Origin: Mobula hypostoma
Taxonomy: Eukaryota
Reading direction: 5' to 3'
Length of the DNA stretch: 64,000 nucleotides
Assembly: GCF_963921235.1 (NCBI RefSeq)
Contig: NC_086108.1
Span: 49,416,001-49,480,000 of the forward strand
The position numbers and the translations under genes are program-made. Every line of letters starts with the position of its first letter. The first letter of the stretch is position 1. The notes below the pieces were generated by a model that worked only from the letters and a program-made list of their open reading frames with translations, had not been told where the DNA came from and searched no databases. This document shows, in pieces, positions 26,031 to 39,883 of the stretch.

Positions 26031-27585
26031 GTAAACATTTCTAAATGATCTTTCAGTGACTCACTTTTAGAGACTGGATTTTCACGTTTATCAGGTTTGA
26101 GAATTCCAACCATTTCATGTACAAGTCAAGCCTCTTTACCAATGACAGATTGGACTCCAGCCCACATAATTTCCAGAACTGTTGAAATTATCTGTGAATG
26201 CAGTTGCCATATAATTGTTTCCCTCCTTTGACTAGGGTTTATGTGTTTCACACAGGCCATTTGTCAGGCCAGCTAGTTCAAATGTAGCTTGTTTTTACCA
26301 AGAATAATTTCTAGCTGTATCTGTGTTATTGTTGCAAGATTTTGCATTTGCATCATTGTGCCTTACACCCTTCAACCCCTTCCACACACATAACCTCTAG
26401 TGACTCTTAGTTAACTGGGGTAATTGAGGGGAGCACCTCCAAACGATGTGCAGAACACATTAAAAGGCATCACACATGCTTTGTGCAATTCAACTTGAGG
26501 CAAATACTGATAGCTGCTGAACCAGTCTCTAAGCAACTACCACAGTTAAATGTGTATCCTCGCCTGAAGAGTGACAGCCTGCCCTGAAATTCCAGTTGGT
26601 ATTGTGATCATCTGCCCCAAGAAGCTCCAGATATTTTTGTGACAGTGCACTGCGGAGATCCAGTTGGGTGCATGTCACGCAGGGTGATCAGAGTTGGCTT
26701 CGGGGGCAGTAGTACATGTTTTTGACAAAGCAGAGTTAATTGCAAAATCAGTCAAATGATTGTTAAGCAATTAGGAGATGACTGTATTTGTTAATTTACT
26801 ACTAACCCATATTATATAATTGGAGATTAAAGTAGCAATTTACATTGTTATATAATTTTGTCTGTACTTCTGTTTGTGATTTAGAACTTGCACGTTTTAT
26901 CATGCATCACTGTGAAACTTGCATCAATGCATACATAAAAAAGATGCCAAGAGTTTACTGCCTCTGATTAAAGTTTACTTCAGTAGCATGAGAAAGTCAC
27001 TGATATGCGCATTTTAAGAAGGGGGGGAGGGGGAAGCTTTTACTAATTATTAAAATACTTTTGAGGCTTGAATTACCTAAGCTTATTTTACAGAAGCTAA
27101 TCAACCAAAGTAAAGCCAACGTTTAGTCTGTAATCCAGTTGCATCAAGAATAGACTTGGAAACGTCACATAGTTTAAACGGAAAATACATCAGAACAGAA
27201 AACACCCCATACTATTGGAAACTGGAGATTTCAGTGACCTACTCATTGTGTTTTGTAGCTATTAAAGTTAACTCTGTTAATAAAGAACTTCAGAATCCCT
27301 GTTGAGAAAGAACATCTGTTCAAAAAAGTTGCACTTGTGAATACCTATCAGTTTATAAGTTGAGTGCATGAAATCCTTCAACTATAAAAGCACTTTTATG
27401 GTCAGCGCGAGGTATATTTTAAGATTCCAAATAATGTTTCTGATATTGCACATCTTCCCAAATATGACTGAAGAATGAAATAGTTGAATGTGACTGGAGA
27501 GCTAACACAATCATTATTGTGAGCTTTCTGTGAGTTAGGAAGCAGAATGAAGTTTGTTAATATAAACATTCTTCAATTCCTGTAG

Positions 27586-27723
27586 GCACAAGAATGAAGC
27601 AGACGAAATTGAACGGATTGCCAAGAATGCCAATGACACTTCAACCAAAGCCTATGAACTGCTACACAAAACTCTTGCAGAAGAAATTACGATCACCAAT
27701 GCAATTGATGATTTAAATAAAAA
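27586..27723 (+). CDS. lamc1: laminin gamma-1 exon (exon 21 equivalent, 138 nt)
   Basis: cctgtag acceptor, gtaagt donor; HKNEADEIERIAKNANDTSTKAYELLHKTLAEEITITNAIDDLNK. Confidence 0.95.
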
Positions 27724-27904
27724 GTAAGTTGGTGACACAAGATCTACTTCTGATCTGTTGAGAGGGATAAATTTAAGAATTCATTTGGCTATTTGTCGTA
27801 TTAATTGGTCAAGACTTTATTGTTCAATAAATAACGTACACATAATATTTACTGTGGAGAGGAGTTACTATTGAACGCAAATTCTGCTGAGAAGTGAACT
27901 TATA

Positions 27905-29120
27905 CTACTAAACGTTGTTGGAGAAGATTCTGAAGGAAAGGATTTGTGTTCATTTGGAAAGACATGGAGTGAATTGGGTTATTTTGTGCTGGGCGATCAT
28001 GTCTCACAAATCTGATTGAATTTGAAGAGATAACTAAAGAAATCGATGAAGGCAGAGTTATCCTTTAAGGATGGACTTTAGTAAGGATGTTGACAAATTC
28101 CGTTTTGTACATTGGTCCTAAATGCCATGGTACAAGGGATCAGAGTCATGTTGGCAAACTGGAGCCAAAAGGCTTAGTAGTTGCGGATGGATTTTTCCCT
28201 GACTGGAAGTCTGTTACAAGTGATATACAGCAGAGATCAGTGCTGAGGTCATTTTTGTTTGTAATATATATAAAGAATTGCATAAGAATATAGGTGGTCT
28301 GATTAATAAGTTTACAGGCACCCTGAAAATTGGCCAAGTCAGAGATAGCAAAATACAGCAGAGCATAGATCCGGTGGAAAGTTGGATGGAGAGAGGGAGA
28401 GGGAATTAAATTCAGACTGGTATGGGAAGTCAAATTCCGCTAGGACATATCGAGTCTCTAGGGGCGATGATGTACAGAGACACCTTGGTGTCTTAGCTCT
28501 TAGTTCATTGAATATGTGAGGTACCAGTGGATCAGGTAGTGAAGAAGGCATTTAATATGCTTGTCTTCATTGTGTAAGGGATTGAATATAGGGATTGGAA
28601 TGTCATGTTTCAGTTGTTCAAAATGTTGTTTGGACCACATTTGGAGTATGCAGCCACCACACTGGTTGACACACTACAGTGAGGGTGCGGCAGCAATAGA
28701 GGAAATGCAGATGTGATTCAACAGGACATGGTCTGGCATGGACTACAGTCTTCAAGAGAGATCAGACAGGCTTGATTTATCCTCACTTCAAGGGGGGAGA
28801 CTGGGAGATAACCTTATGAAGTTTTATCCTCAGCCAAAGTCCTTTTTCCCAGGACAGTAGAGTGTAGAACTAGAACACTAATTTAAAGAAGATCTGAGGG
28901 ATAAGTTCTTTCCACATCAAGGGTGGTATTTATCTGAAATTAAGCTGTCAGGTAGTAGAGGCAGTTGTATTAAAACATGTAAAAGCACTTGGCTAGATGA
29001 TTGGATAGGAAAGGTTTAGAGGAATGCAGGCAAATGGCCTAACTATAGCTAGGCCTCATAATCAGCATGGATGAGGAGGGCCACAGAGTCTGCTTCTGGC
29101 GTATCATTCTATTCTTCATA
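27905..29120 (+). mobile_element. degenerate CR1-like LINE
   Basis: Decayed RT and 3' segments (tcatgtctcacaaatctgattgaattt, ccacatttggagta); attctattct tail. Confidence 0.75.
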
Positions 29121-29204
29121 GTTTGATAACAAATTAGAACTCTTTAATTATTGAAATACTTTCTACATGAGGTAATTAATCCTCTGGCAAGTCTTAGGAA
29201 GCAT

Positions 29205-30985
29205 ATTTCAAAATTCAAGGTAAATTTATTACCAAAGTATATTGTTGTCACCTCGTGCAACCCTGAGATTTGTTTTCTTCTGGGCCTACACAGTAAATCC
29301 AAGCAATGCAATAGAATCAGTGAAAGACCATCCCGACAGGACTGTAAAACAATCTATGTGCAAAAGATAACAAATAGTGCAAATACAAAAGAAAACAGTA
29401 ATAATTAATAAATAAGAAATAAATATTGTCAACAGGAGATGAAGAATCCTTGAAAGTGAGTCTATAGCTTGTGGGAACAGTGGAGTGATGGGGCAAGTGA
29501 AGATAAGTGAATTTATCCCCCTCTGTTTCAAGAGTCTGATGGTTGAGGGGTAATAACTGTTCCTGAACCTGGTGCTGTGGGTCCTGATGCTCATGTACCA
29601 CCTTCCTGGTGGCAGCAAAGAGAAGAGAGCATGGCCTGGCTGGTGGGGGTTCTTGATGATGGATGCTGCTTTCCTGTGACAGTGCTTCGTGTAGATGAGC
29701 TTAATGGTGGGAGGGCTTTACCTGTGATGTACTGGGCCGTATCCACTACTTGTAGATTTTACGTTCAAGAGTATTGGTGTTTCCGTGCCGGGCTGTGATG
29801 CAATCAGTCAATATTTTCTCCACCACACATCTATAAGAAGTTTGTCAAAATTTTAGGTGTCACGCCAAATCTATGCAAACTTCTAAGGAAGTAGAGGTGC
29901 TGCCATGCTTTCTCTGTAGTGGCATTTGTGTGCTGGACCCATGACAGATCTTCTGAAATGTTAACACCAAGGGAATTGAAGTTACTGACCCTCTCCAACT
30001 CAGATTTCCTAATGAGGACTGGCTCATGGACCTCTGGTTTCCTTCTCCTGAAGTCAATAATTATCGCTTTGGTCTTGCTGACATTGAGTGAGAGGTTGTT
30101 GTGGCACCACTCAGCCAGATTTTCAGTCTCCCTCCTAAGTGCTGATTTATCTCCACCTTCAACTTGGCTAACAACAGTGGTGTCATCAACAAACTTCAAT
30201 ATGTTATTAGAGCTGTGCTTAACCTCACCGTCATAGGTATAAAGTGAGTAGAGCAGGGGGCTAAGCACACAGCCTTGTGGTGCATCTGTGCTGATGGAGA
30301 TTGTGGAGGAGATGTTGTTGGCGTTCTGAACTGACTGGGATCTGCAAGTGAGGAAATCAAGGATCCAATTGCACAAAGAGGATTTATAGCCATGATCATG
30401 AAGCTTATTGATTAGTTTTGAGGCAATGACAGTATTGAATGCCAAGCTGTAGTTGATAAAGAGCATCCTGATGTATGCATCTTTGCTGTCCAGATGTTCC
30501 AGGATTGATTGAGGAGTCATTGAAACGGCAGCTGCTGTGGACCTGTTGTGGCAGTAGGCAAATTGGAGTGGATCCAAGTCGCTTCTCAGCCAGGAGTTGA
30601 TGTGTTTCATCACCAGCCTCTCAAAGCACTTCATCACAGTGGATGTAAGTGCTACTGGATGATAGTCATTGAGGCAGGTCACCATGTTCTTCTTAGGCTC
30701 CGGTATAATTGAAGCCTGCTTGAAGCAGGTGGGTACTTCAGACTGCCGAAGCAAGAGGCTTAAGATACTGGTGAACACTCCAGCCAGTTGGTCAGCCCAG
30801 GTCTTTAGTGTTCGGTCAGGTACCTCATCTAGGCTGAGTGCTTTTCACGGGTTCACCTTCTTGAGGGATGCTCTCAAGTCAGCCTCAGAGACTGAAATCA
30901 CAGAGGCATCAGGGGCTGTGAGAGGTCGTGAAGGTTCTGCCATGTTTTGATGGTCAAAGTGAGTATCATCTGGGAGCGATGCCTG
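29205..30985 (-). mobile_element. Rex1/Babar-like LINE with a 315-aa RT reading frame (29831..30778)
   Basis: CLNDYHPVALT, LDPLQFAY, APQGCVLSPLLYSLYT, KFVDDTT; 3' tail at ~29205. Confidence 0.9.
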
Positions 30986-31039
30986 CAAGATATTTTAAAT
31001 AAAATGAATTTGTAAATCAGCTCTACTTGTGTCTCACCT

Positions 31040-31275
31040 GCTTTAGCCAGAGGGTTGTGAATCTGTGGAATTCATTGCCACAGATGGGTAAGGAGGCTAA
31101 GCCATTGAGTATATTTTAAGTGGACGATGATAGGTTCTTGGTTACTAAGGGCATCAAACATTACTGGGAGAAGGCAGGAGAATGGGGTTGAGAGGGATAA
31201 TCTGTCATAGTGGAATAACAGAGCAAACTCAGTGGGTTGAATGGCCTAATTCTGCTCCTGTTTCTTATGATCTAA
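31040..31275 (+). mobile_element. CR1-like 3' end
   Basis: tttagccagagggttgtgaatctgtggaattc...ggcctaattctgctcctgtttcttatgatct. Confidence 0.8.
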
Positions 31276-31702
31276 ATCAAGAATTTCCATTAGAAAAACT
31301 AAAGAACATAATTGCATGTATCTGAAGTAATATTAATTTATTAACAATTAAATCTTAAAATCAATAAAAGATAATGCATCGTTTCAGGGAATTAAATAAA
31401 ATGCACGTTGTCACAATGTTGTCAATTAGAAATAAAATATGGGTGGTGGAGAAATGGACATTGGAACGAATATATTGACTAGTGGACGTGTGTGGGACTG
31501 TCCTTAATATAATTTTTAAACAAATTTTGCTCCTTAATACAATTTTTAAAACAAGATTGTTGAAAGTAAATGTGTTCCAGTTAGGCTTGTGTATTGCTAA
31601 CAGGTTATTTATTAATAAAGCCTTATAAAGTAAGCATCTTATTACTTGGGATGTCAAAGTGCATCGTATGATGTTAATACTTTTCCATACTATTTCAATT
31701 AG

Positions 31703-31847
31703 GTATGATGCAGCTAAAAATATGTCCCGAGAGCTTGAAAAACAAGCTGATAAAGTACACAGTGAGGCAACAGAAGCTGGTAATAAAGCTTTACAGATTT
31801 ATGCCAATCTGACAAGCTTGCCTAAAGTGGATACTAAAGCCTTGGAG
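31703..31847 (+). CDS. lamc1: laminin gamma-1 exon (exon 22 equivalent, 145 nt)
   Basis: ttag acceptor, gtatgt donor; YDAAKNMSRELEKQADKVHSEATEAGNKALQIYANLTSLPKVDTKALE. Confidence 0.95.
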
Positions 31848-32192
31848 GTATGTAGGTTTTTCACCAGCAATAATATATTTGTTTAGATTTAACTACCGTG
31901 GGCTGCAAATCAGCATTAGTCAGTGCTTCTGGTAAACAGGATTTCTTGATATAGAGCCACCTTGAAATAGCAGGGAGCACTTACAAATTGCTACGTCAGT
32001 GTTTTAACCGTGTTATTAGATGCTCTTAAGACAGATGTACAAGCTGGAAAAGGGACATTTCCATAAGAGAGCGGGACTAATATTTAATTCTTAATAGCTG
32101 ACTATTTTTCACAATGTGAGAAAATAAGTATTAAGAGAAAAAATTGTGGACTGTGTAAAATGTAATTTGAAGTTGGATAACTTGTCTTTTAG

Positions 32193-32342
32193 AATGAAGC
32201 AGAAAAGATTATAAAGAACGCAGCAGACCTGGATGCTGAAATCGACCAAAAGCTGAAGGATTATCATGATATGCGAGATGACCTGAGAGCAAAGGAATCT
32301 GAAGTAAAGAACCTCTTGGAAAAAGGAAAAACTGAACAGCAG
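32193..32342 (+). CDS. lamc1: laminin gamma-1 exon (exon 23 equivalent, 150 nt)
   Basis: cttttag acceptor, gtaaaa donor; NEAEKIIKNAADLDAEIDQKLKDYHDMRDDLRAKESEVKNLLEKGKTEQQ. Confidence 0.95.
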
Positions 32343-33694
32343 GTAAAAACCTGGGCTCCTATGTATCCAATAAAAAATGTACCCTTTCGAGGGACAGAGA
32401 GAACAAAATCTTTAGTTTTCTTTTCGTCTGCCCCTCACATAGTAACACATCTTCGCATGCAGAACCACAATTAAGAATAATGTTTGAAGGAAACAATTAT
32501 GTATATTTCCAAGACCCCTCATATATAGAATGTTAAATTTTATCATATTTATTCTTTCCAATAAATTGTGTTTTCTGTTTTGCTTTTCCCGTTTTCTAGA
32601 ATATGGGAAACTTTTGAGGTTATGTGGGAGAAAAGAGAATAAGGAAGGTGATGTCTGGGAGTGTGCCTCAATAGTCAGGAATTCAGGGCTTTGGATGTGG
32701 AACAGGCAAGAATTGATATACCCGAAGACCTATATATTGAGAATAAATTCTTGCTTGTTTTCCATAAAGTCAAGTGGCTTATGAAGTAAGAGCATTGTAC
32801 AATATGCTATAAATAAATTTACATGTAATCTTAGGTACAGGTCATATCCCAATAATTTGCTGTTTGAGGAAATGCTGGGTATGGAATTCTGCTGAAGGTC
32901 TCCTGAGATAAGTTATAGAAAAGATTAAATTGCATGCTGCACTGAGAAATAATAGACTGGATTGGGAATTGAATTAAATTTCATAAACAATGCAAGAAGA
33001 GTTATAATTGGAACCTACTGATGTGTCAAGGTTTCTGGAGTTACTTGCCCAGAACCTTTTGTGTTCGTTGTATTAGTTTCATCAGTTTGGCCATTCTAAT
33101 TGCAGGTATTAGAAATGTTGTGTTCTAGGCATGGGAATATAGGTATTGCTGCTGGTCCAATAGCAAATGCTATTTATTGTCGGCAAAGTAGATGCCCTCT
33201 TACAAGGAGGGCTGAAAGCGTACCTCATATCTCATCCATTATTTCCTATTAAAAGCTGAAAAAGGTCTCAAGATAATCACCAAGCATCATTAATGTTTTG
33301 TCAGTTATGAACGAAACAAACTATAATCCTCAATAAATAAATCTATTGCAGGTTTGCTGAATGAGACTGAGGACTTTACCCAATATGGTCTCCACATCTG
33401 GTGAAATAACTTCTGAGTTTTTGGAGTGGGAGCAAAGGCAGGGCATTTTGAGACTTGTTAACTGAAAATGGTTAAGTAAGTTTTGGGGAAATCAGCACTT
33501 AAAAATGTTAATTATTTCTTACACAGATCATAAAAGATTAGATAGAGTAGGTCTTTTAAGATATCCAAACAATAATAATAGAGCATGGGATTGTAACTAT
33601 TAAATAATGTGACAAGCTGCTCAGTAAGTTTTTTTGCCTGGAATGTATAAATGTGAAGAAAGTATTCATTCTGGCCTTTTTCTTTACCCCAAAG

Positions 33695-33809
33695 ACTGCT
33701 GACCAATTGCTTGCCCGTGCAGATGCTGCGAAAGCTTTGGCTGAGGAAGCTGCCAAGAAAGGAAATGCCACACTACAGGAAGCTCAGGATATTCTCAGAA
33801 ACCTGCAAG
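33695..33809 (+). CDS. lamc1: laminin gamma-1 exon (exon 24 equivalent, 115 nt)
   Basis: ccccaaag acceptor, gtgtgc donor; TADQLLARADAAKALAEEAAKKGNATLQEAQDILRNLQ. Confidence 0.94.
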
Positions 33810-35561
33810 GTGTGCTAAATTGTAATTGTGGTAATAATACAATGAAGAGAATCAAAAGAAACTTGACTAGAAAATGATCAATAAACAATCTAGTCAGTTC
33901 TTTGCTTAGTGGACATTATTAAGATGCTGATCTTTTATACTGATCTGTGTCATCTTTATATGGTATTGGAAACAGAAGAACTAGGGTAATGGGAACTCGA
34001 GTGCCTTTTGGGCTCCAATTTCTCTAAAAATATTTCAACGTACTAGGTCAGTGAGATGAAGTTTCTAAAACCATTGCATATTATTACTACTTAGATTATG
34101 TGCAGGAATTACGCCAATTACTCAAGGTTTCAACGTGGAGAAATTAGAATATTATGCTTGAGCTTAGAATTTCAGTCAACATTCCAGTGAAGCACCAAAA
34201 CTGATTGCATTATTCGAAGCGGCAACTTGGAGTGGGACGCAAAATCAGTCATTTATCTGTGGATGTAAAAAGGCAGCATGTCACAAATTGAAGAGGAATG
34301 GGTCTTCCCACCACTTCTCCTTCAGCAATACCATATTCAAGAAACTTTGTTATATGCTTCTGTCTCATTAGTTACAAAGCAATAATGATTTAACTTCAAA
34401 AAGACTTCATTAAGAGTGAAAAAGCTTGGCATATTCTGAGAAAATGAAAGGTTCAATTGCCTTGAACTTGTTTTGTGTAACACTTTAGCACAGAGTATCA
34501 TGCTGGACTAAAAGGTGGATCAGGCACTTCGGATGCAAGTTTTCTGAATCGATGGAGACTGAGATCTGTGACCTTGGAGCTATGGACCTATGATTGTACT
34601 AGTCTGCTCATGGAAACAAAGATGGTGTTACTCTGGGGAATGCCCATGACTCTTTTGATCTTGAGCAATCCACATTGCCTCTCCTTGATTTGTTCTCCAG
34701 AGAAGTTCCAGTGAGTGCAAATTTAATACCACAGGATGAAAATCACGCAACCATCAGGTGATGAATGGATAAGGCAATTAAGATGCACTTTGCATCACAC
34801 CCTCTAGCAGTCACCAGAATGAGTTTCAAGCCCTTGTCATCTGATGCCTCAAGCACAGCCTAGACAGCAGGACGGTGCACCCTCTATCTGAAGCTCTTCT
34901 GGAGATGAGAAGGTTGATGATACAGGTGGCATTGAAGGATTCACACTCGGATTATGATGTCAGGGCTAGTTTGATTTAATCACAATTTATCTTGGAGGCT
35001 GCTTCACAGGCATCATTCCCAGCTAAATGAGTGCAGAAGTGCCAACCTGCATCCACACCACTAACTATGTATAATCATTAATGAGAGGTGAATGTAACTG
35101 TTCTACTTCTCAGCTCCAATTGACCTTGTATGCTAACCCCATTGAAAACCTTCATCTCCATTTTCAAAGGAAGTTTCAGCAAGATTGCATAAAATTGGTT
35201 ATGATCAGTTAGGTTCACAGCATTACTGGACCTCTCTGTAACAATTTGCGAAGTCTCTCTTCTTCAAAAAGTTATTCATTGCTGAAGATTCATTCTAATG
35301 AGCTGTCCTTTGCTTCTGACTTACTCTAATCTGCTTGTGTATGATGCCTTCATAGGGTAAATGCCTAGCCATAACCTTTTAAAGTTGTGGACAGAAAAGT
35401 GCATGATTCATCTCCCTTCTCCATTTGCCCTTTAAACTGATGATGAACGGCCTGCTTGAATGGTGCTGAATTAGCACCAGGATCAGTAGGTAAGCTGGTG
35501 CTTTGCAGTGTCAGGCTTAGTAAGCCGATCTGGTCCTCCTACTACCATAACCTTTGTTCCG

Positions 35562-36650
35562 TAAGACATAGAAGCAGAACCAGGCCACTTGGCCCATCAA
35601 GTTTGCTCTGCCATTTCAACATGGCTGATTCAATTTTCCTCTCAGCCCCAATGTCCGGCCTTCTCCCCATATCCCTTCATGCCCTGACCAATCAAGCATC
35701 TGTCAACCTCTGCCTTAAATGTACACAAAGACTTGACCTCCAGTGCTACCTGTGACAAAGAATTCCACAGATTTCACTACCTCTAGCTAAAGAAATTCCT
35801 CCTCATCTCCATTATGTCCTCTAGTCTTAGTCTCTCCCACCATAGGAAACATCCCCTTCACATCCACTCTATCAAGGCCATTCACCTTTCGATAAGTTTC
35901 AATAAGGTCACCCCTCATTCCAATGAACACAGACCCAGGGCCATCAAACTCATCATATGACAAGCCATTCAATCCTGGAATCATTTTCGTGAACCTGCTT
36001 TGAACCCTCTCCAGTTCTAAGGTAAGGGGCCCAAAACTGCTTACAATTCTCCAAGTGAGGTCTCAACCAGTGCTTTATAAAATCTCAACATTACATTCGT
36101 CCTCTTAAAATGAATGCTAACATCACATTTGCCTTCCTCACCACAAACTCAACCTGCAAATTAACTTTTAGGGAATCCTGTATGACGACTTCCAAGTCCC
36201 TCAGCTTCTTTGTATTTTTAAATTTTTTGTATTTCTCCATTTAAAAAAAAAAGTCAACCTTTTCATTTCTTCGACCAAAGTGCAGATCTCATCCTTAACG
36301 ATCGACTCCATCAACTTCCCACCTACTGCGGTCTGACTAACCAGCCTATAGTTTCCTTTCTTCAACCTCTCTCCCTTCTTGAAGAGTGGAGTGACATTTG
36401 CAATTTTCTGGTCTTCCACGATCTCTTCAGCCACCTCTTTCAGAACCCTGAGGTGTACGTCATCTGGTCCAGGTGACTTATCTATCTTCAGACCTTTCAG
36501 TTTTCCAAGAACCTTCTCTCTAGTTATGGTAACTTCACACACTTCATGCCCCCCATGACACCTGGAACTGCCACAATACTGCTATTGTCTTCCACAGTGA
36601 AGACTGACGCAAAATGCTTGATAAGTTCGTCTGCCATTTTGTTACTACTT
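35562..36650 (-). mobile_element. CR1-like LINE (3' end plus deleted RT)
   Basis: taagacatagaagcag tail; KSPGPD and NVTPLFKKG..GNYR motifs. Confidence 0.85.
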
Positions 36651-36694
36651 CCTCCTACACTCCTCCTCCTTCGGCTCCTGTCTCTGCTGATACT

Positions 36695-38500
36695 CATAAG
36701 ACCATAAGATATAGGAGCAGAATTAAACCACTTTGCCCATGGAGTCTGCTCTGCTATTTCATCATGGCTGATCCATTATTCCTCTCTGCTCCAATATCCT
36801 ACCTTCTCCCAATATCCCTTCATGCCCTCACCAATCAAGAATCTGCTTTAAATATACATAAAGACTTAGCCTCCATGCTGCTGTGTCAATGGATTCCATG
36901 GATTCACTACTATCTGGCTAAAGAAATTCTTCATCTTCATTCTAAAAGGATCCCCCTCTATTCTATGGCTGTATCCTCTGGTCTTAGACACTCCCATCAC
37001 AAGAAACATCCTCTTCACATCCACTCTATCAAGGCCTTTCACCATTTGGTAGGTTTCAATGAGGTCACCCTTCATTCTTCTGAATTCCAATGAATACAGG
37101 CCCAGAGCCATCAAACAGTCTTCATTTGATAAGCCATTTAATCCTGGAATCAATTTTGTGAACCTCCTTTGATTCTTGAAAGATCATTACTAATGCCTCC
37201 ACAAACTTTTCTGCCATCTCTTTCAGAACTCTGGTTCAGGTGACTTATCTACCTTCAGACCTTTCAGTTTGGTAATGGTAACTTCACACACTTAATGACC
37301 CCTGACACCTGGAACTTCCACCATACTGTTAGTGTCTTCCACAGTGAAGACTGATACAAAGTACTTATTCAGTTCATCCTCCATTTCCTTGTCCCCCATT
37401 ACTACCTCTCCAGTATCGTTTTCCAGTGGTCTGATATCCAGTCTCACCTCTCTTTTACAATTTATATATCTGAAAAAACTTTTGGTAACCTCTTTTCTAT
37501 TATTGGCTAGCTTACTTTCATATTCTATCTGTACTGTCTTAATGACTTTTTAGTTGCCTTCTGTTAGTTTTTAAAAGCTTCTCAATTCTCTAATTTCTCA
37601 CTAAGTTTTGCTCTATTATATGCCCTGTCTTTGGCCTTTATGTTGGCTTTGACTTCCCCTGCAAGCCATGGTTGTTTCATCTTACCTTAAGAATTCTTCT
37701 GCCTCTTTGGGATGTATATATCCTGTGCCTTCCAAATTGCTTTCAGAAATTCTAGTCATTGCTCTGCCATCATATTTGCCTGCCATTGTTCCTTTCCAAT
37801 CAATTTTAGCCAACTCCTTTTTCATGCCCCTGTAATTCCCTTCACTCCATTGGAATACTGATACATCTGACTTTAGCTTCTCCTTCTCAAATTTCAGGGT
37901 GAATTTGATCACATGATCACCTTCCCGTAAAGTTTCTTTTACCTTAAGCTCTCTAATCATTTCTGGTTCATTGCACAACACCCAATCCAGAATAGCTGAT
38001 CCCCTAGTCGGCTGAACCAGAACTGCTCTAAAACCATCTCGTGGGTACTCTAGAAATCCTCCCTCCTGGAATCCAGCACCAATCTGATATCCCCAATATA
38101 TTTGCATATTGACATCCCCCATGAAAGTTGTAACATTGCCCTTTTGGCATGCATTTTCTATCTTCCGTTGTAATTTGTAGGCCACATCCTTACTACTGTT
38201 TGGGGGTTGGTATATAACTCCCATCAGAGTCTTTTTTTTACCCTTGCAGTTCCTTAGTTCTATCCACAATGATTCAACACCTTCCGACTCTATGTCACCT
38301 CTTTCTAATAATTTAAATCCGTTTTAACCAACAGATCAATGCCACCCCCTCTGTTTTCCTGCCTGTCCTTGGACATTAAGCTCCTAGCTATAATCTTCTT
38401 TTAGCCATGATTCAGTGATGCCTACAACATCATGCCTGCTGATCTGCAACTGTGCTGCAAGTTCATCTACTTTATTCTGTATACTGTGCACATTCAAGTA
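36695..38500 (-). mobile_element. CR1-like LINE with APE endonuclease region, internally deleted
   Basis: cataagaccataagatatagg tail; LYLNVHS, VVGITESW, IYQPPN, ILDWVLCNE (ORFs 37682..38269, 38384..38719). Confidence 0.87.
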
Positions 38501-39539
38501 CAACACCTGTTCTGTATTCATCCTTGTCGATTTTGTCTGTCTTTTATGCCACAGCTCATCTTGTTGACTGCAGTTTTGCCCTATCAACGAACTGTTATCA
38601 CTACACATGGCCTTACAGGTCTCTTCTATGTCCACAATGCAAAGGTGCATGGCCGAGGTGAATGCAGGTACATATTTATAGGATTGGCTAGCAAATATAG
38701 AGATGCATCGTGATAGCATTCATTGGGAGAAATGGATGGTAGCAACCAGAAGATACTTGCACGTAAAGAGACTTTCAGCTGTACCAGCAAATGGTCTGTG
38801 TGCTCCATGGTCATAGAAAGGAAGTTCTTCTTCTCCAGCTTGGTTCGCCTCTGAGCAGAGGAGGATTTCATTTTTGAACATACTGCAAAAGGCACACCTG
38901 TGTAGAGACACCTCTTAGCAAAGGCAGCCATTGATGAAATTTGCCATTCCCTTTAAATGCACCAGAGCAACCTTTGGTTGCTTAAGGAAGAGAATGTAAA
39001 AGGCTAAGGACAAATCAGGCTCAGATTGCTGCTTAGTAGGCAGGAGCAATTCCTCTTTTCCATCGGCTTATAAGGTAATCTTCTCAGGGCCTAGTGTAGG
39101 TAATATCCACCACAAAATCTTACAAATCTACAGGAAGAATAATATACCAATGCCTCAATATTTTCAATGGCACTAGCATTAAGTATACTGGGCCAGTTCC
39201 ATTGGTAGGCCATGTCATTCGCTTGTCCAGTATGGAACCTCTGAAAGCATGTACTCTTTTCTGTGCTCAGAGAGATTTGAAGTCTCCTCAAAATGCAGCA
39301 TTCCTTCTAACTTCTAGGAATGTCTGCCCCATATCAGCTTCGAGAAGGAGCATTCTGCATGTTATTGAGAATGTCGTTGAATGTGTTGGGAGCACTCAGG
39401 AGTGAATGATAGTAGGAGTAAGCTACCTCAAATTATCTGGTCAACAAACCCTTTCAAGTATCTCTTTCCCCACGGATACATAGGTCTGTAGGTTGGCACA
39501 GTGATGCAGCATGTAGACCTGCTGCTTCACATGCCAGGT

Positions 39540-39865
39540 AGGCCTAGATAGAGTGGGTGAGTGTAGGACCAGAATAGATGGACAGCCTCCGAATAGATGG
39601 ACATCCCTTTAGAACAGAGATGAGGAAGAATCTCTTTAACCAGAGTGGTGAATCTGCAGCATTCTTGCCACAGACAACTGCAGGCCAAGTCACTAGGTAT
39701 GTTTAAAGTAGAGGTTAATAGGGACTTAATTAGTAAGGGCATCAAAGGTTATGGAGAGAAGACAGAAGAATGTGGTTCAGAGGGAAAATAAATCACACAT
39801 GGTCTAATGATGGAGCGAACTCAATGAGCTGATTGGCCTAATTCTGCTCCAAGGTCTTACCATCT
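39540..39865 (+). mobile_element. CR1-like 3' end abutting a lamc1 acceptor
   Basis: ggcctagatagagtgg...ggcctaattctgctccaaggtcttaccatct. Confidence 0.8.
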
Positions 39866-39883
39866 TAATTTTGTTTCCCACAG

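Noticed and set aside
29831..30778. 315-aa reverse transcriptase as a functional or domesticated gene, or a retron/DGR
   Set aside because: Truncated LINE ORF2 with substitutions in conserved motifs (FVDD, INYSLAF) and flanking frameshifts.
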